IMG/VR virus record: IMGVR_UViG_3300045988_105168
Location: 32,001-96,000 of that record
Reading direction: 5' to 3' (one strand)
DNA from: a virus
DNA length: 64,000 nucleotides
The notes below the pieces were generated by a model. It was not told the DNA's origin. It saw only the letters and a program-made list of their open reading frames with translations, and did not search any database. The position numbers and the translations under genes were made by a program. Shown here piece by piece: positions 7,730 to 19,667 of the stretch (position 1 is its first letter; each line of letters starts with the position of its first letter).

Positions 7730-8995
7730 TTACATCACCCCTTCTCCATAAGTATTAAAGTTTGCAATATTTGAACAGCTGATTGACATTTGGCATTGGT
7801 CTCCAATAGTATAAGAGATTGATTGAATTAAAAAACGTTCTCTTTGAATGTCATAGTATTGGTCTGTTATTGTAATTAAATTGTTTACAAATAATAATGG
7901 ATTGAATGATACATTGACACTCATAGTTGTTTTTAAAATACCAAATTTTCTTAATTCATAGTCCGCACGTTGTTGTGCTAAATCATCACTATAAATACTG
8001 CTGTCATTGATATATTCAATACGACGTCCAATTCTTTGCACGCACAATGGCGATGCTGGATTATTATTTTTAGCCATAGCCGAAAAGATTTCATTATTTA
8101 TATTATCCCCAACTACGTGTACTTCGTTTACTGCGTTTTCAAAATCATAATTGGCTGTCGCATTATAATAATCTCTTTCTGTATCTTCATAATCCCATAA
8201 TGAAGCCTTTTGAACGTCCAATGTTGTTTCGTTAATATTAATAAAACACAAGTTCCCTTGTGAGTTATAATACACTTCTGCATTTAAAATTGTACCGATT
8301 TCTAAAAGCATTTCTCCCAAAGTGCTTCCTGCGTCCTTTGACAAAGTATAAGGCATCTTTAATCCTGTGAACGCACGGTCATAAATGATTGGTTTTAAAT
8401 CTATTGGGGCACCAGAACCATTATCTAAAGTTAAAATACCAATAATTGCTTGCTCAATATCTGAGTTAACAGGTATTTCATATGTAGCCTCTAAAGTACC
8501 AGCTTTCCCCTCAAGCACCGCGAACTTATCAACAAGCGTCAAAGACACTTGCTTGTCTGAGTCTTGGTGACTTGCCGAAGGGTTCCCTAAAACATAAATT
8601 CCACGTGGGAACCAATATACTTGACCGTCGAATTCTAGCCCGACGTCAAATCTAAATCTGTTATGCACCCAAATTGTATTAATGCTTGGCGTGTATTTGC
8701 CATCTATATTAATTAAATTTATATTTACACTTTTTCTTTGTCCACTCTGATAATTCTCTGTAAAGTTACCAGAATTAATAATAATATCCTCTTGAGGAAT
8801 TTCATAGTTTATTGTTTCGTCTGGGTTAAGAACAAATAATCTAAAGCGTGGTTTATATACTGGACGCTTTAAAACATCTGTTAAATAACTCATACTAACA
8901 CTAGAACTATCAACTAAACGAAGGACTTCGCCATATTGACTCCATAAAGTTGAAGTAGATGTATCGGCTAAAGCCCTTGTATCGTAAGTCGCCAT
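7730..8995 (-). CDS. distal-tail/baseplate structural protein
   Basis: 421-aa ORF whose start overlaps the stop of the upstream gene. Third gene after the tape measure. No motif recognised. Confidence 0.45.
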   Translation of the reverse strand: MATYDTRALADTSTSTLWSQYGEVLRLVDSSSVSMSYLTDVLKRPVYKPRFRLFVLNPDETINYEIPQEDIIINSGNFTENYQSGQRKSVNINLINIDGKYTPSINTIWVHNRFRFDVGLEFDGQVYWFPRGIYVLGNPSASHQDSDKQVSLTLVDKFAVLEGKAGTLEATYEIPVNSDIEQAIIGILTLDNGSGAPIDLKPIIYDRAFTGLKMPYTLSKDAGSTLGEMLLEIGTILNAEVYYNSQGNLCFININETTLDVQKASLWDYEDTERDYYNATANYDFENAVNEVHVVGDNINNEIFSAMAKNNNPASPLCVQRIGRRIEYINDSSIYSDDLAQQRADYELRKFGILKTTMSVNVSFNPLLFVNNLITITDQYYDIQRERFLIQSISYTIGDQCQMSISCSNIANFNTYGEGVM

Positions 8996-9843
8996 TATCC
9001 TCCAATAATAGTAATGTTGTCGATGTCTTCAACTTCTACCCAACTAAATGTAATAGTATTAATTTGCTCTCTAGTCACATCGTCTGTTTGTGATGATGTG
9101 CCTGTAACCATTACTAACATCGCATTACCTTTTCTATCTTTTAATAACTTCATATTACCATCCGCACAGAATTCATTCCACTCGTCTAACATTGTATTAG
9201 GTTCAATATATTCAACTAAACTGCTAGTAGTCTTTTGAACGTTACCTAATAAACAAGTTAATGAACCTGTTGAATAGTTTAGTTTTCCAGAGGATACTTT
9301 AGGAAATCGTGTAAGATTGTTATAAGTAGTGTTGTTAAGAGTTTGCGTCCTAGCAGCACTTGAAATGTTTAAATTAAACTTCCATATGTCACCTGTTGTA
9401 TAATATAAGCCTTTTTCGCTTGTACTTGGAATAATATCTATTAAAGACCAATCCCACCAACAAGTTGAAACATCATTTGAAACTACGGCTTCAGAAATTG
9501 CCGACTCGTCTTCTTTAAAAATATAATATTTATATGTTTTGTTATTTGTAACACCATAGTCGGTCATTGATAAACCACCATCACCAAGTCTAGCAACATA
9601 TACTAATTGGTTAGTATCTTTGACCTCTCTATAAATAGAGAAATTATACCCTAAAGCAACATCGGCAACTCCTCCAGAAGTTGTTGTAGCATCGTCAAAT
9701 GTTACAAGAAATCTCGAATAGTTATTTAATACTGGTACGTACTTCGCAGCATTAAAAATATTCGCGTTCGTAGATGAACTTTCTTCTAAATGAAAGAAGT
9801 CTAATTTTACGTTATTATGCACTGTTAACCCTGTTAATAACAT
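8995..9843 (-). CDS. distal-tail structural protein
   Basis: 282-aa ORF, second gene after the tape measure, tightly packed. Confidence 0.45.
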   Translation of the reverse strand: MLLTGLTVHNNVKLDFFHLEESSSTNANIFNAAKYVPVLNNYSRFLVTFDDATTTSGGVADVALGYNFSIYREVKDTNQLVYVARLGDGGLSMTDYGVTNNKTYKYYIFKEDESAISEAVVSNDVSTCWWDWSLIDIIPSTSEKGLYYTTGDIWKFNLNISSAARTQTLNNTTYNNLTRFPKVSSGKLNYSTGSLTCLLGNVQKTTSSLVEYIEPNTMLDEWNEFCADGNMKLLKDRKGNAMLVMVTGTSSQTDDVTREQINTITFSWVEVEDIDNITIIGG

Positions 9844-9858
9844 ATTTTATCCTCCTTT

Positions 9859-12024
9859 TTATGTTGTAGGGAATATCTCTTCTATTTTAATTCCCGTATT
9901 TGTTATTTGAACTTTCCACCAGTGATTACATACACGTTCAAGTGAAGTTCCACCTTCTACCCAAGTATATGTGTCTGTCCAAGTCGCTGTATCATCCCAA
10001 ATATAGTCATTATTAATTTGGGCAATGTTTGCTGATGATAATACAAACACTTGAGATGTGTTGGTATAAAATGGAAGTTCTAAACTAATATCTGGATTTT
10101 GCACAAATATTAATTTATTTTTATCTATTTTGATTGTAAACTCGCCCTCACTATTTGCATCATCGGTTTCTGTTGTGATTAAATTTACAACTTCTTGATA
10201 TACACCGTTTTGGTCGTAGAAAAAGTTCCCATCTGGACTAAATTGCAGTGTAATATTAAAATCATCTGGTAGTACACAAAGTCCGTCTGGTGTTGACCAA
10301 GTTGCTGTATAACCGTGTGTATATAATGAGTTTACTGTATTGTATGGTGTATTATATAAGTATTGAAATCCTGTATTATTATAAATATTTGATAATACTC
10401 GATATGTGTCACCTGGCATTGGTGTATATGTAAAAGGATAGTCTGCAAGCATTGTTCCTACACCAGTTGTTGCGTTATATGAATTAATAACACCCGTGTA
10501 TCTTGTGCCGATTGTACGATATGGCTCAACTGTAGCTATATCTGCACCTTTAGCAATTTGAAAATTAAAAGTGGAATTAGTAAAAACAGTACCAATAGCT
10601 TGACTATTAATAAAAACTTGTAGATATAATTCAGTATCTTCTGTTAAAGTAAAATTTTGATTATATGACAAATTATATCTAGTGTTGTCACTAGCAGCTG
10701 TTATATAGGTTGTTGTTTTGCTAGAATCCTTTATATAAACCGCAAAACCAGCATTGGATGTATCTGGAAATGAAAAGCCACCACTTAATAATTGACTATA
10801 AGAATATGTGCCAGCAGCATATGTCCCCAATACAAAGCCCAAAATTTCTCCACTACTTGTTGTTGTCCCGTTAAGAGACATAGAATTTAAATTAAGCGTT
10901 CTGTTAAGACCTAAAGCTAAAGTCAATGTTTGTGTTGGAAGTAATATTAAATTTTTACCTTCAACATTAGCAGTAATTTGTACTTGGTCACCATTACCTA
11001 AGGTTTGATTGTCTTCAAATACAGCCTGAGTTAATGAATTAGCACCATCTTGAATTGTACCACTTGTCGCTCCTGAACTATTAGATACAGCCTCATTTTC
11101 TACTGGTGTTACCCACGAAACTTTAACTGCATTGTTCTTATCATCAAATGACGCTAATGGTTGTTGTAAATATTCTACGATGTCGTAAGATACAGTAAAT
11201 TCATACATATCTGTTGTAGATATAATACCCATATCATTTTCTACAGTCATTTGTATTAAATATTTATTTCCTGTTCTAAAACTGTCGTATGTATATGATA
11301 AATTAGCAGAATAAACTTTATCTGACGAAGCCACTAAAGAAATTGTTCCATCGTCGTTTCTTGTATATAAATCAAATTGATGATATACAATAGCAACATT
11401 ATCTGATTGTGTATATGTTCCTTGGAATGTATGATATTTTAATGTTAATGAAGATGGCACGTTACTAATAGCAACCGCAGGAGTTCGCCTTGCATAAACG
11501 ATATAGTCTGGCACGGTTTCAATAAAATCAGAGTAAATCTTATATTGTGTTCCTACAGCAGGTGCTGATGAAAATGCGCTACTAACAACGGCTACACCTG
11601 TATCACTATTATATGATGAAATTGTTTTTGTCTGACTATTGATTGTAATTGCCATACCAGCCTTGATGTTAATATTTGGTTGTAAGTATATAGTTGTTGT
11701 TGTACTTGTCGCCTGTACTAAACCATAAGTAATTAACATATCGGCAGTTGGTTGATATAATCTAACACGCCATTTATAGTTTGTTCCATTACTTAAAGCA
11801 ACAGTTGATGCATTTACTGGAATTTCTAATGTATCACCATTGTATGCATAATTAGTTAATGTAGTTTTTGAGCCAGTATAAATTTCGTTGTTGTCAAAAT
11901 CTACTATTAATAATTGATACGCAGATACATACGAATTAGTTTGAATTTCCATTGTAAACGTATTATCTAAAAGACCATCAATAGACACACCTGATGGTTG
12001 TACATTACGTGGTTGATAAATCAT
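9859..12024 (-). CDS. large distal-tail structural protein
   Basis: About 720-aa Ser/Thr/Asn-rich ORF directly after the tape measure. The likely start is the second ATG (12024), 6 nt after GGAGG. Confidence 0.5.
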   Translation of the reverse strand: MIYQPRNVQPSGVSIDGLLDNTFTMEIQTNSYVSAYQLLIVDFDNNEIYTGSKTTLTNYAYNGDTLEIPVNASTVALSNGTNYKWRVRLYQPTADMLITYGLVQATSTTTTIYLQPNINIKAGMAITINSQTKTISSYNSDTGVAVVSSAFSSAPAVGTQYKIYSDFIETVPDYIVYARRTPAVAISNVPSSLTLKYHTFQGTYTQSDNVAIVYHQFDLYTRNDDGTISLVASSDKVYSANLSYTYDSFRTGNKYLIQMTVENDMGIISTTDMYEFTVSYDIVEYLQQPLASFDDKNNAVKVSWVTPVENEAVSNSSGATSGTIQDGANSLTQAVFEDNQTLGNGDQVQITANVEGKNLILLPTQTLTLALGLNRTLNLNSMSLNGTTTSSGEILGFVLGTYAAGTYSYSQLLSGGFSFPDTSNAGFAVYIKDSSKTTTYITAASDNTRYNLSYNQNFTLTEDTELYLQVFINSQAIGTVFTNSTFNFQIAKGADIATVEPYRTIGTRYTGVINSYNATTGVGTMLADYPFTYTPMPGDTYRVLSNIYNNTGFQYLYNTPYNTVNSLYTHGYTATWSTPDGLCVLPDDFNITLQFSPDGNFFYDQNGVYQEVVNLITTETDDANSEGEFTIKIDKNKLIFVQNPDISLELPFYTNTSQVFVLSSANIAQINNDYIWDDTATWTDTYTWVEGGTSLERVCNHWWKVQITNTGIKIEEIFPTT

Positions 12025-12086
12025 ACACATCCTCCTTTCTTTTATGTATGTTTAGCACCAAAGGGCACCGACATTTATGTCGGCAC

Positions 12087-15000
12087 CTATTGATGTTTTG
12101 TTATATTTACTAAAGATTTTAATTCTGTTACAAATTGTCTAGCATTAGTTACATTTGGTAATTCAATATTACCGAAGTTGTAATTAGTTACAGCGCCACC
12201 ACCAGTAGGTAAATTACTTGTTGTTTGTGGTCGTATTAAACTAGACAACATATTTCTCATTTGGTCGTTATTTAATACAAACTCTGGTTTTGATTTACTT
12301 CCGTGAAGCATTGCTAAACCAGTGTAGTCAACCATACCTCCGTTAGCATATCCTGGAATTGTAAGTGTTTGACCTGGATAAATACGATTTGGATTGCTTC
12401 CGATAACTGACTTATTAGCCTCATAAATCTTTTTCCAAGAAATACCATACTTGCTACCAATACCACTAAGCGTATCACCACTTCTAACAGTATATGTTTT
12501 ATTATTAGAAGTTTGTGTTTTAGGTGCGCTACTAGACGTAGTTGTTGTTGGTGTGTTATATCCACTCAACTTATCAGCAGGTGTATTTTCTAGGTCAGCA
12601 ATCTCCTTCATTGTTGCTAAATAGCCTTGTTTGTATTTTTCTAATACATCAAGACGTTGTTGTAAGATTTGAGCTTCAGCATCAGCACCCAACTGATTTG
12701 CTAAAGTTATTCTTGCCTGTTGTGTTTCATAATCATCAGCAACACTCTCCCAAGACTCTTTATATTTTTCCCAAGCATCGATTTGCTCTTCAATCGCACT
12801 AATTGCTTGTTCTTTTTGTTCTTCGATTGCTCTAATTTCTTCTTCGTTGTTAAATTCATCAAGTGCTTCTTGAGCCTCTCTGATTGCCTCTTGGTCTGCT
12901 TCCCAAACCCAACCAATACCTTCGCGCCATACACGCTTAGTCTTTTCAGCCTTAGCGTTCGCAAGTGCCTCTTGAAGTCTAGCTAATTCTAATTCTCTTT
13001 CAGTTTCTTCGTTAGCCTTTTCTTTATCTGCAATTAATTGGTCATAATACTCTTCTTGTTCATCTCTAAGTTGTTGTAACTTCTCAATCTCATCTTCGAT
13101 AATACCAACGGCAGCCTCTTCAGCAGTATCATAATCATCTTTTTGTTTGTCAGCTTTGTCTTGAAGACCCTTTTTAATTTTATCAGCAAGTTCGTTCCAA
13201 GCGTCAGTACCTTGTTTATAAGCTTTAATTAATTCTTTTAGTTTCTTGATATATTCATCAAGACTAATAGAACCACGCTTATAATCGTCTTCAACCTTAG
13301 TTAAACGTTGTTTTTGAAGTTCTTCGTTTATCTTACGCCAAGCTTCTGTACCTTTATTAACACGTCCTAATAAATTATCAAGACCACTAATATATTGTTC
13401 AATAGTAATTTCATTATATTTGAATTGGTCTTTAAGATTTTCAAGCTCAATCTCCCACCATTCTTTTTCTGACTTAGAAGAAGATTTACTTGAACTTGAT
13501 TTTTTTGCACTACTAGATAAAGTTCTATTCCATAATTTATCTATAGCATTGAATTGATTTTGTACATTTTGGACAATAGCATCCATTAATGCTTTATTAT
13601 CTTCGGTCACACCTTCTACCGCTTTGTATTCCGCAGCCTTTTTAGCTAATTCTTCATATGCAGTACCAGTATTACCTAATTGTGTTTCTAATAAACCATA
13701 TTTTTCTTTTAATTTTTCTATTGCCGCAGCATCATTATTGGCAGCTACAATAGCTAATTCATCATAAGCAATTTGTAATATCTTTGCTTTAGTTTCTTGT
13801 AGTTGTGCTTGAGCTAAGGCATCTAAAGCACTAATATTATCTTTAATTTGACCATTCTCATCAAACAAATATTGTAAGTACTTAGGTTCTAAATCCAACA
13901 AAGACATTAAAGTGTCCATAGTTATATAACCATATTCGTTATATTCCTCAAGCGCTCCCTCTAATGTACTATATGCATCACCTAAAGTATCAAGTTGTTC
14001 TTTTAATGTTTCTATCTCTGATGATAGTGTAATTATTTCATTTGATGCGTCATTTGTAACTTTTACTACACCAGGTTCGATAAGACCTAATTCTTCTAAT
14101 CTAGCAATAAATTCCTCAACAGGAACTCCAGCCTCATAAGCAGCAGATGCAATTTTTTGCATAGCTTGATAAGTATCTAAACCAAATTCGTCTAAATCCC
14201 ATTCATCAGCATTATAAAGTTCCGCCAATTCTTTTATGGCATCAGCATTTAAATCTAAACCATTTAAATGAGATATGGCGCCTTCTATACCGTTTTCGGT
14301 GTTTTTTATTTCTTCATCTATTTTAGCGTTCTGTAATTGTTTTTCCCAACCACCAAGTAAATTAGTAAAGAAATTTTTCATTATAGGGTCATCATTAATT
14401 CCATTTACAAATGTTTGGAATGACGCTATATCTTGTTCTGCCTTTTGCATACCTTCAGTATCGCCAGATGCGACAGCTTTTGCATATGCTTTTTCAGCCT
14501 CTAAAAACTTACCATATTCTTTACTATATTTTTCTTCTGTTAATGCTCTTGCTTCAGCGGCTTGATTTAATACTTCTTGATGTTTTTTAATATATTCATC
14601 AACTTCGCCAAGCTCTTTTTCAATCGCTGTTTTAGCAGCTGTTATTTCTCCTTCTGTTAAATCAAATTGAGACGTCCAATTTTCATCATCTAATAATAAT
14701 AAAGAATTTTCTAGTGACTCTTTTACCTCTTCAGCAGTACCTTCAAACTTAAAAGCGTAATCTTCGTATTTTGTAAAAATATCGCCTAACCAATTTGTAA
14801 ATCCACCAGTATTAGTTCCTGCCCAATCAGCACCTATTGCCTCCTGAACAACCTTAGCCTTATCCCAACTTGCTAATTCTAATTGTATCCAATCTCCAGC
14901 ATCTTTGTTATCACCATAATAATCTCTTTTTAATGCTGATTTAGAACTTGCGATAGCGGCACTGTTATCATCTAAATACTTTTGTGCATTCTTTTTCTCT

Positions 15001-16904
15001 ATTTCTGTTAATTTCTCAATTTCTTCGTCTAATTTTCCATTAACTAAATCAATACCAGAAGCCTGTTCTCCATACTTATCTACTATATCTTTTTGGATGT
15101 CATAAATTTGACCCTTTAGAGCAATTTGTTCTGATAGCGTATGTTGCTCTTCGGTTAATGATTTCTTTAACTCTTTATATTTGTTTATTTGTTCATCTAA
15201 TGATGCATTGTCACTATCTAATGTATCACCGTTTGCTAGTGCCTCGTCAGCTAATTCGCTTTCTAATTCTCTTTGTTCTTGTAACGCCTTTTGTTGTCTT
15301 TCTGTATACTCGTCTAATAAACCAGTAATAATAGTAATAGCAGCAGCGGCAACACCAAAGGCTATTTGAGTTTTTAAAGCGCCCGCATTAAGTTTTTGTT
15401 GAGCTATCATAGCACGCTTTTCAGCGGCTGTTAAATCCTTATACCCTTGAACATTTTTATATAAAAATTTACCAAGTCCTTGTTCTCCTTTTGTTAAGTA
15501 AACAAGACTTTTTACGATATTGTTGTTCATTAACGCATTGGCTTTCATAGCCGTTGTTAAAGTTGTCCATATTTTTGCCCCGCCTTTTAACACTAGGAAC
15601 ACAGCGGTCATTTTGGCTATAAACTTCACAGCATCACTGTTGGCTATTTTTAATAGGTTTGTACCAAAGTCAACAACATCTTTAATAAAATCACTTTCAA
15701 TAAAACTATTCGCCAATTCTTCAAATGCACTTTGGAAAGCCTTTACTTTTCCCTCAATACTATCCATTACTTTAGCATTTTCGGCCATTGCGCTTCCTTC
15801 AGAGTTTAAGGCTGTTTCTGTAGCAGCCAACGCTGTTTCAAAGTTATTTAAAATTGCAGCAGCGTTTTGTGCTTGATATTTACCAGCAATAGTTTCTGTG
15901 ATATACGCCTTTTCAGCAGCAGTAGCCTCTTGATAAACAGGCGCTAAATCTTTTAAAATTTCATAAGTATTTTTTAATGAACCATCAGTTTTATAAACTG
16001 ATAGGTGTAGTTTTTTAAATAATGCCTCCATTTGAGCTATTAACTCTAAACTTTCTTCACCCTCATCGTCCATACCTTGTAAACGTAATGTAATTGTTTT
16101 TAAACCATTTGATACTTTTGATGCATTACGAGTGATTTCTGTACCAGCAGTTAATAAACCAATCATTTGCTCGTAACTGTTACCAGCATTCGCCATTACA
16201 GCTGACGATTTACCTAAGTTATTTGCAATATCTGCCGAACTAACCGCATATTTATTAGCAACCTCATTTACGGCATCAATAATATGAATTGCTTGTTCTG
16301 CTTCAATATTAAATGCCTTCATTTGTGCAATCATAAATTCCGCAGACTCAGCAGCACTTACCTCCTCATCGGCGATATTTGTATACATTAACGCTAATTC
16401 TCCAAGTTTTAATACTTGGTCTTCTGAATAACCAGCCTTAGCAAATTCAGTTGCTGCTTGTACCATTTCAGTTCCCGTCTTAGCAACAGCCTCAGCAGCA
16501 TTATAAGCATCTTGTGTAAATTTTTGTAAAGACTCACCTTCTAAATCCGTTACCTTACGTAATTCTGTTAAAGCACTATCTAATTCAGTAACTTCTGCAA
16601 TCATATCTTTAATGGTATTAATCGTTTGATAGAATACTGTTGTTACCGACATATATGTTGTAAATGATTGAAATGCTTTAGTCCAAGAATATTGCCATTT
16701 ATTAGCGTCAGCTTGACCTTGACGAGCTGTTTGATTTAATCTTTCTAATTCCTTATTTGCTGAAGCAACCTTTTTGGAGTCAATTTTTAATTGTAGATTA
16801 GCCACTTTAGTTTCTAATGACTTAATTTGACTATTTAACTCTGTAACTGTTTTTTGACTGTCGTCAATCTTTGCTGACAACTTAATATAATAATCCTTAT
16901 TCAT
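12087..16904 (-). CDS. tape measure protein with C-terminal LysM domain
   Basis: 1605 aa, long coiled-coil/Ala-Glu-Lys-rich sequence with a hydrophobic central segment. Lys[47 protein letters not shown] near the C-terminus. Confidence 0.85.
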   Translation of the reverse strand: MNKDYYIKLSAKIDDSQKTVTELNSQIKSLETKVANLQLKIDSKKVASANKELERLNQTARQGQADANKWQYSWTKAFQSFTTYMSVTTVFYQTINTIKDMIAEVTELDSALTELRKVTDLEGESLQKFTQDAYNAAEAVAKTGTEMVQAATEFAKAGYSEDQVLKLGELALMYTNIADEEVSAAESAEFMIAQMKAFNIEAEQAIHIIDAVNEVANKYAVSSADIANNLGKSSAVMANAGNSYEQMIGLLTAGTEITRNASKVSNGLKTITLRLQGMDDEGEESLELIAQMEALFKKLHLSVYKTDGSLKNTYEILKDLAPVYQEATAAEKAYITETIAGKYQAQNAAAILNNFETALAATETALNSEGSAMAENAKVMDSIEGKVKAFQSAFEELANSFIESDFIKDVVDFGTNLLKIANSDAVKFIAKMTAVFLVLKGGAKIWTTLTTAMKANALMNNNIVKSLVYLTKGEQGLGKFLYKNVQGYKDLTAAEKRAMIAQQKLNAGALKTQIAFGVAAAAITIITGLLDEYTERQQKALQEQRELESELADEALANGDTLDSDNASLDEQINKYKELKKSLTEEQHTLSEQIALKGQIYDIQKDIVDKYGEQASGIDLVNGKLDEEIEKLTEIEKKNAQKYLDDNSAAIASSKSALKRDYYGDNKDAGDWIQLELASWDKAKVVQEAIGADWAGTNTGGFTNWLGDIFTKYEDYAFKFEGTAEEVKESLENSLLLLDDENWTSQFDLTEGEITAAKTAIEKELGEVDEYIKKHQEVLNQAAEARALTEEKYSKEYGKFLEAEKAYAKAVASGDTEGMQKAEQDIASFQTFVNGINDDPIMKNFFTNLLGGWEKQLQNAKIDEEIKNTENGIEGAISHLNGLDLNADAIKELAELYNADEWDLDEFGLDTYQAMQKIASAAYEAGVPVEEFIARLEELGLIEPGVVKVTNDASNEIITLSSEIETLKEQLDTLGDAYSTLEGALEEYNEYGYITMDTLMSLLDLEPKYLQYLFDENGQIKDNISALDALAQAQLQETKAKILQIAYDELAIVAANNDAAAIEKLKEKYGLLETQLGNTGTAYEELAKKAAEYKAVEGVTEDNKALMDAIVQNVQNQFNAIDKLWNRTLSSSAKKSSSSKSSSKSEKEWWEIELENLKDQFKYNEITIEQYISGLDNLLGRVNKGTEAWRKINEELQKQRLTKVEDDYKRGSISLDEYIKKLKELIKAYKQGTDAWNELADKIKKGLQDKADKQKDDYDTAEEAAVGIIEDEIEKLQQLRDEQEEYYDQLIADKEKANEETERELELARLQEALANAKAEKTKRVWREGIGWVWEADQEAIREAQEALDEFNNEEEIRAIEEQKEQAISAIEEQIDAWEKYKESWESVADDYETQQARITLANQLGADAEAQILQQRLDVLEKYKQGYLATMKEIADLENTPADKLSGYNTPTTTTSSSAPKTQTSNNKTYTVRSGDTLSGIGSKYGISWKKIYEANKSVIGSNPNRIYPGQTLTIPGYANGGMVDYTGLAMLHGSKSKPEFVLNNDQMRNMLSSLIRPQTTSNLPTGGGAVTNYNFGNIELPNVTNARQFVTELKSLVNITKHQ

Positions 16905-16910
16905 CTATTC

Positions 16911-17420
16911 TCACCTCCTGCTTATCCCATATTTTTTAAATTCTTTATCTAACCATTTTGTTATTTTTTCATCTATACCATTTAAATACGAAGTCCAATA
17001 TCCTGTAGAAGTTCCACCCTCTGCCAAATAGTTGGCACCTCCGTTATAAGAATAGTAATCGTTACTTGTTAAATCATTTAAAATCCATACCATATCATTA
17101 CGATAATCTTTACCACTATTACCACCGTGGCTCATTTGACTATTCTCATTATCAGCGCTTGGAGCAATTAAACGACGTCCATCAAATCCGAGTGCACGCA
17201 CATATTTTTCCATATAATCGATATACCAACCACTATAAAAACCACCTTGCTCAAAATAACGATGATATTCTCCTTCTGAAGCTGCGTAAATAGTATCTCT
17301 TAAATGTCTTTGAAAATCATCTAGCAACATCTTAGAAACATTGTCTAAAACGGTCTCCAAAATATGATTTAATTCCTTTTGTAACTGTCCTGCGTTTGAC
17401 GTATAATTGAATGTAGCCAT
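16911..17420 (-). CDS. hypothetical protein upstream of the tape measure
   Basis: The likely start is ATG 17420 (MATFNYTSN, AAAGGAG 8 nt upstream). The track's TTG at 17441 lies in the SD region. Confidence 0.5.
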   Translation of the reverse strand: MATFNYTSNAGQLQKELNHILETVLDNVSKMLLDDFQRHLRDTIYAASEGEYHRYFEQGGFYSGWYIDYMEKYVRALGFDGRRLIAPSADNENSQMSHGGNSGKDYRNDMVWILNDLTSNDYYSYNGGANYLAEGGTSTGYWTSYLNGIDEKITKWLDKEFKKYGISRR

Positions 17421-17454
17421 AAACGCAACTCCTTTCTTCAATTTTTGTTATTTC

Positions 17455-17484
17455 CTAAAAAAAAGAAGACTTATTCGTCTTCTT
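17455..17484 (-). terminator. rho-independent terminator overlapping the stop codon of 17471-17968
   Basis: Minus strand AAGAAGAC-gaataa-GTCTTCTT followed by a T run. The stop codon TAA lies in the loop. Confidence 0.6.
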
Positions 17485-17968
17485 TTGCAATAGTTTTACC
17501 AACAATTTCATTATGTTCGTCAATAACCTTTTGCCATTCTTTTGGTAGTTTATTAACCAACTTTGTCATTGTTTTTGCATCTGGTATTTTTTCCATTATA
17601 AAATTAACAAGTTTATTTAAGTTATTATCTAATACGCTTTCAACACTAACCATTTGTTTTGATAAAGACATCATTAAATGATACGCCTCATCGGCATTAG
17701 TAACCACTCTTAATAATTCATAATGTGTACCGATATTATAATACTTGTTATAATCTTCAATATTATCAATATCGTAACCCTCGATACAAATACTAAACAA
17801 TAAAGCATAAAAATTTGTAATCATTGCTAAAGGACTATAACTATATCCGTCAATATCTCCTTCTTGATTGTAAATTTTTAACACTTCTCCTAATATATAA
17901 TTTACTTCTCCATTTGTCAAATAATCTTGTTTTAATTTGATTTTTTCATTTTTTACAGTAATTTCCAT
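17471..17968 (-). CDS. hypothetical protein (possible tail assembly chaperone by position)
   Basis: 165-aa acidic ORF with an SD upstream. Position only. Confidence 0.4.
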   Translation of the reverse strand: MEITVKNEKIKLKQDYLTNGEVNYILGEVLKIYNQEGDIDGYSYSPLAMITNFYALLFSICIEGYDIDNIEDYNKYYNIGTHYELLRVVTNADEAYHLMMSLSKQMVSVESVLDNNLNKLVNFIMEKIPDAKTMTKLVNKLPKEWQKVIDEHNEIVGKTIAKEDE

Positions 17969-17981
17969 AAAAACATCCTCC

Positions 17982-18500
17982 TTATTTTCTATTATTATCT
18001 TTTATATATGCAAGACCTAAACAAATTGCTTCTGCCTTATCATCGTCTGTATGTTTTGTTTTTGTTTCCGTCTTACTATACACGAACCCTAAACCATAAA
18101 TTTCATTAATTTTATCTACGGCCTTTTGTTTTTGTATATCTCTTTTCATACCTTGTCTTGTCCCGTCATATGTTCCAATAATACTCCTCCAAGACGATGG
18201 CGCATAAAAAGTATATGCAATATTATATTTGAAGCACAATGATAAAATTGCCCCCTGTAAAATACATAAATCTTTACCAGTTTTTAAATTATTGTGGCTC
18301 GTCACAGGGACGTCTTCAAATACCATTTGTGTTATATTGTTTTCATTAATAATATGCTCTATAGCGTCATAAACTTCTTTAATTCTTTCTCTAGGCTCCT
18401 CACTGGTTGTACGAATAATTCCATAATCATAAAGATTAGCCTGTTCATCAAGTAGGCCATACCCAGTTTTCTTGGTAGCCATATCAAGCCCTAAAATCAC
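17982..18500 (-). CDS. RuvC-like Holliday junction resolvase
   Basis: N-terminal ILGLDMATKKTGYGLL (catalytic Asp), FEDV acidic motif and C-terminal DDDKAEAICLGLAY, typical of the RuvC/RNase H-fold. Confidence 0.65.
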   Translation of the reverse strand: MILGLDMATKKTGYGLLDEQANLYDYGIIRTTSEEPRERIKEVYDAIEHIINENNITQMVFEDVPVTSHNNLKTGKDLCILQGAILSLCFKYNIAYTFYAPSSWRSIIGTYDGTRQGMKRDIQKQKAVDKINEIYGLGFVYSKTETKTKHTDDDKAEAICLGLAYIKDNNRK

Positions 18501-18518
18501 TGTACGACCTCCTTTTTT

Positions 18519-18719
18519 TTATCTAAGAATACTTTTATTTTGATTGCCCTTTTTTCTCTGTTTCATATTTCTTTTTAATTGTTCGTGTTTTTGTTGTTCT
18601 TCTAATCTCTGAGAGACATATTCCCATATTGACTCTCTAAATAAGTTTATATAAACTGGTAAAACAATAAACAAACTAACGAGAATTATTAACACGAGCC
18701 CCAGGACTGCATCAATCAC
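18519..18719 (-). CDS. small membrane protein
   Basis: 66 aa with one N-terminal hydrophobic helix (VLGLVLIILVSLFIVLPVYI) and a basic tail. Confidence 0.45.
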   Translation of the reverse strand: MIDAVLGLVLIILVSLFIVLPVYINLFRESIWEYVSQRLEEQQKHEQLKRNMKQRKKGNQNKSILR

Positions 18720-19645
18720 TTTCTTCTCACCAACTTTTTAGTATTAAATGTTTCTAGTTCTTGAGTAATATTTTGAATTTGACCTTTGTCATTCATTTCA
18801 ACATCAACCCACCAAACAGATTTATCATTAGCAAAACCCATACTTCTAGCAAAAGGTGTTAAGTCCTCTAAACACGAAGTTTGGAAGCAATGTGTATCAT
18901 CTTGTTTCATATAAAAACTTTGATGAATATGACCTGTTTGTAATATATGAGGTCTTTCCTCTAACGGAATTGAGTCTAAATACTTTTGTACCTTATAAGA
19001 TTTAGCATAAGCATTTCCACCTTTTCCGTGGAATAATCTAACTTTTAATTTACCAATCTTCATATCGGCAACATCACTACCCAAATAAACTATATCATCT
19101 CTTCTATTTGCAATAGCCTTAACTATTTCTGAACCTGTGGACTTATACCACCAATCATCGTGATTGCCACTAATAACATAAGTTTTACCATCAAATGTCG
19201 GGTATTTTTCAACACAATAATCTACTTGCCCCTCATAAGACGGCTCTCTAAGTTCATAAATATGCTCAGGTCTATTTGAACGACCATCTGTAAAATCTCC
19301 GCTGTGTAAAATATGTTTTACGCCTCTTTCATCAGCTTTCGCGTATAGATACCTCAAAATATCTAAACGGTCATATTTACTACACAAATGTGTATCACTA
19401 ATAAGCAATAAAGGTATGTGCGAACTAGACGCTTCAACTTGATATACATCATTAATTTTAGGTGGCGTTTTTAATCTTACCAATTCCCCATTGATATAAT
19501 CAATTAATTCACCGTCTTGTTTCATTAAGCCTATTAACCCTATCACTTCGTAATCTTTAAGTTGTAATTCATTACAAATTTCAATAAAACCTTTTTTCTT
19601 CTTGACTAAATATTTTATCTTATTACAAAGTTCTTTAGTTTCCAT
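18716..19645 (-). CDS. metallophosphoesterase with N-terminal HTH-like domain
   Basis: Calcineurin-like motifs SDTHL, SGDFTDG, SGNHD, FHGKGG and TGHIHQ appear in order. Confidence 0.7.
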   Translation of the reverse strand: METKELCNKIKYLVKKKKGFIEICNELQLKDYEVIGLIGLMKQDGELIDYINGELVRLKTPPKINDVYQVEASSSHIPLLLISDTHLCSKYDRLDILRYLYAKADERGVKHILHSGDFTDGRSNRPEHIYELREPSYEGQVDYCVEKYPTFDGKTYVISGNHDDWWYKSTGSEIVKAIANRRDDIVYLGSDVADMKIGKLKVRLFHGKGGNAYAKSYKVQKYLDSIPLEERPHILQTGHIHQSFYMKQDDTHCFQTSCLEDLTPFARSMGFANDKSVWWVDVEMNDKGQIQNITQELETFNTKKLVRRK

Positions 19646-19667
19646 AGACGGCCTCCTAAAAATGTCA

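Noticed and set aside
12314-16000. Many 60-120-aa track ORFs inside or antisense to the tape measure gene (for example 12314-12565, 12542-12802, 12707-12964, 14275-14565, 15520-15876). Similar shadow ORFs occur elsewhere (433-639, 2189-2425, 5058-5264, 8385-8570, 28401-28628, 36665-36970, 47366-47557, 53269-53454, 54578-54893, 56213-56401, 57367-57708, 58815-59156).
   Set aside because: They lie wholly within longer, motif-bearing or tightly packed genes, lack SD sequences, and have the low-complexity Leu/Phe/Ser-rich composition expected from off-frame or antisense reading of AT-rich coding DNA.
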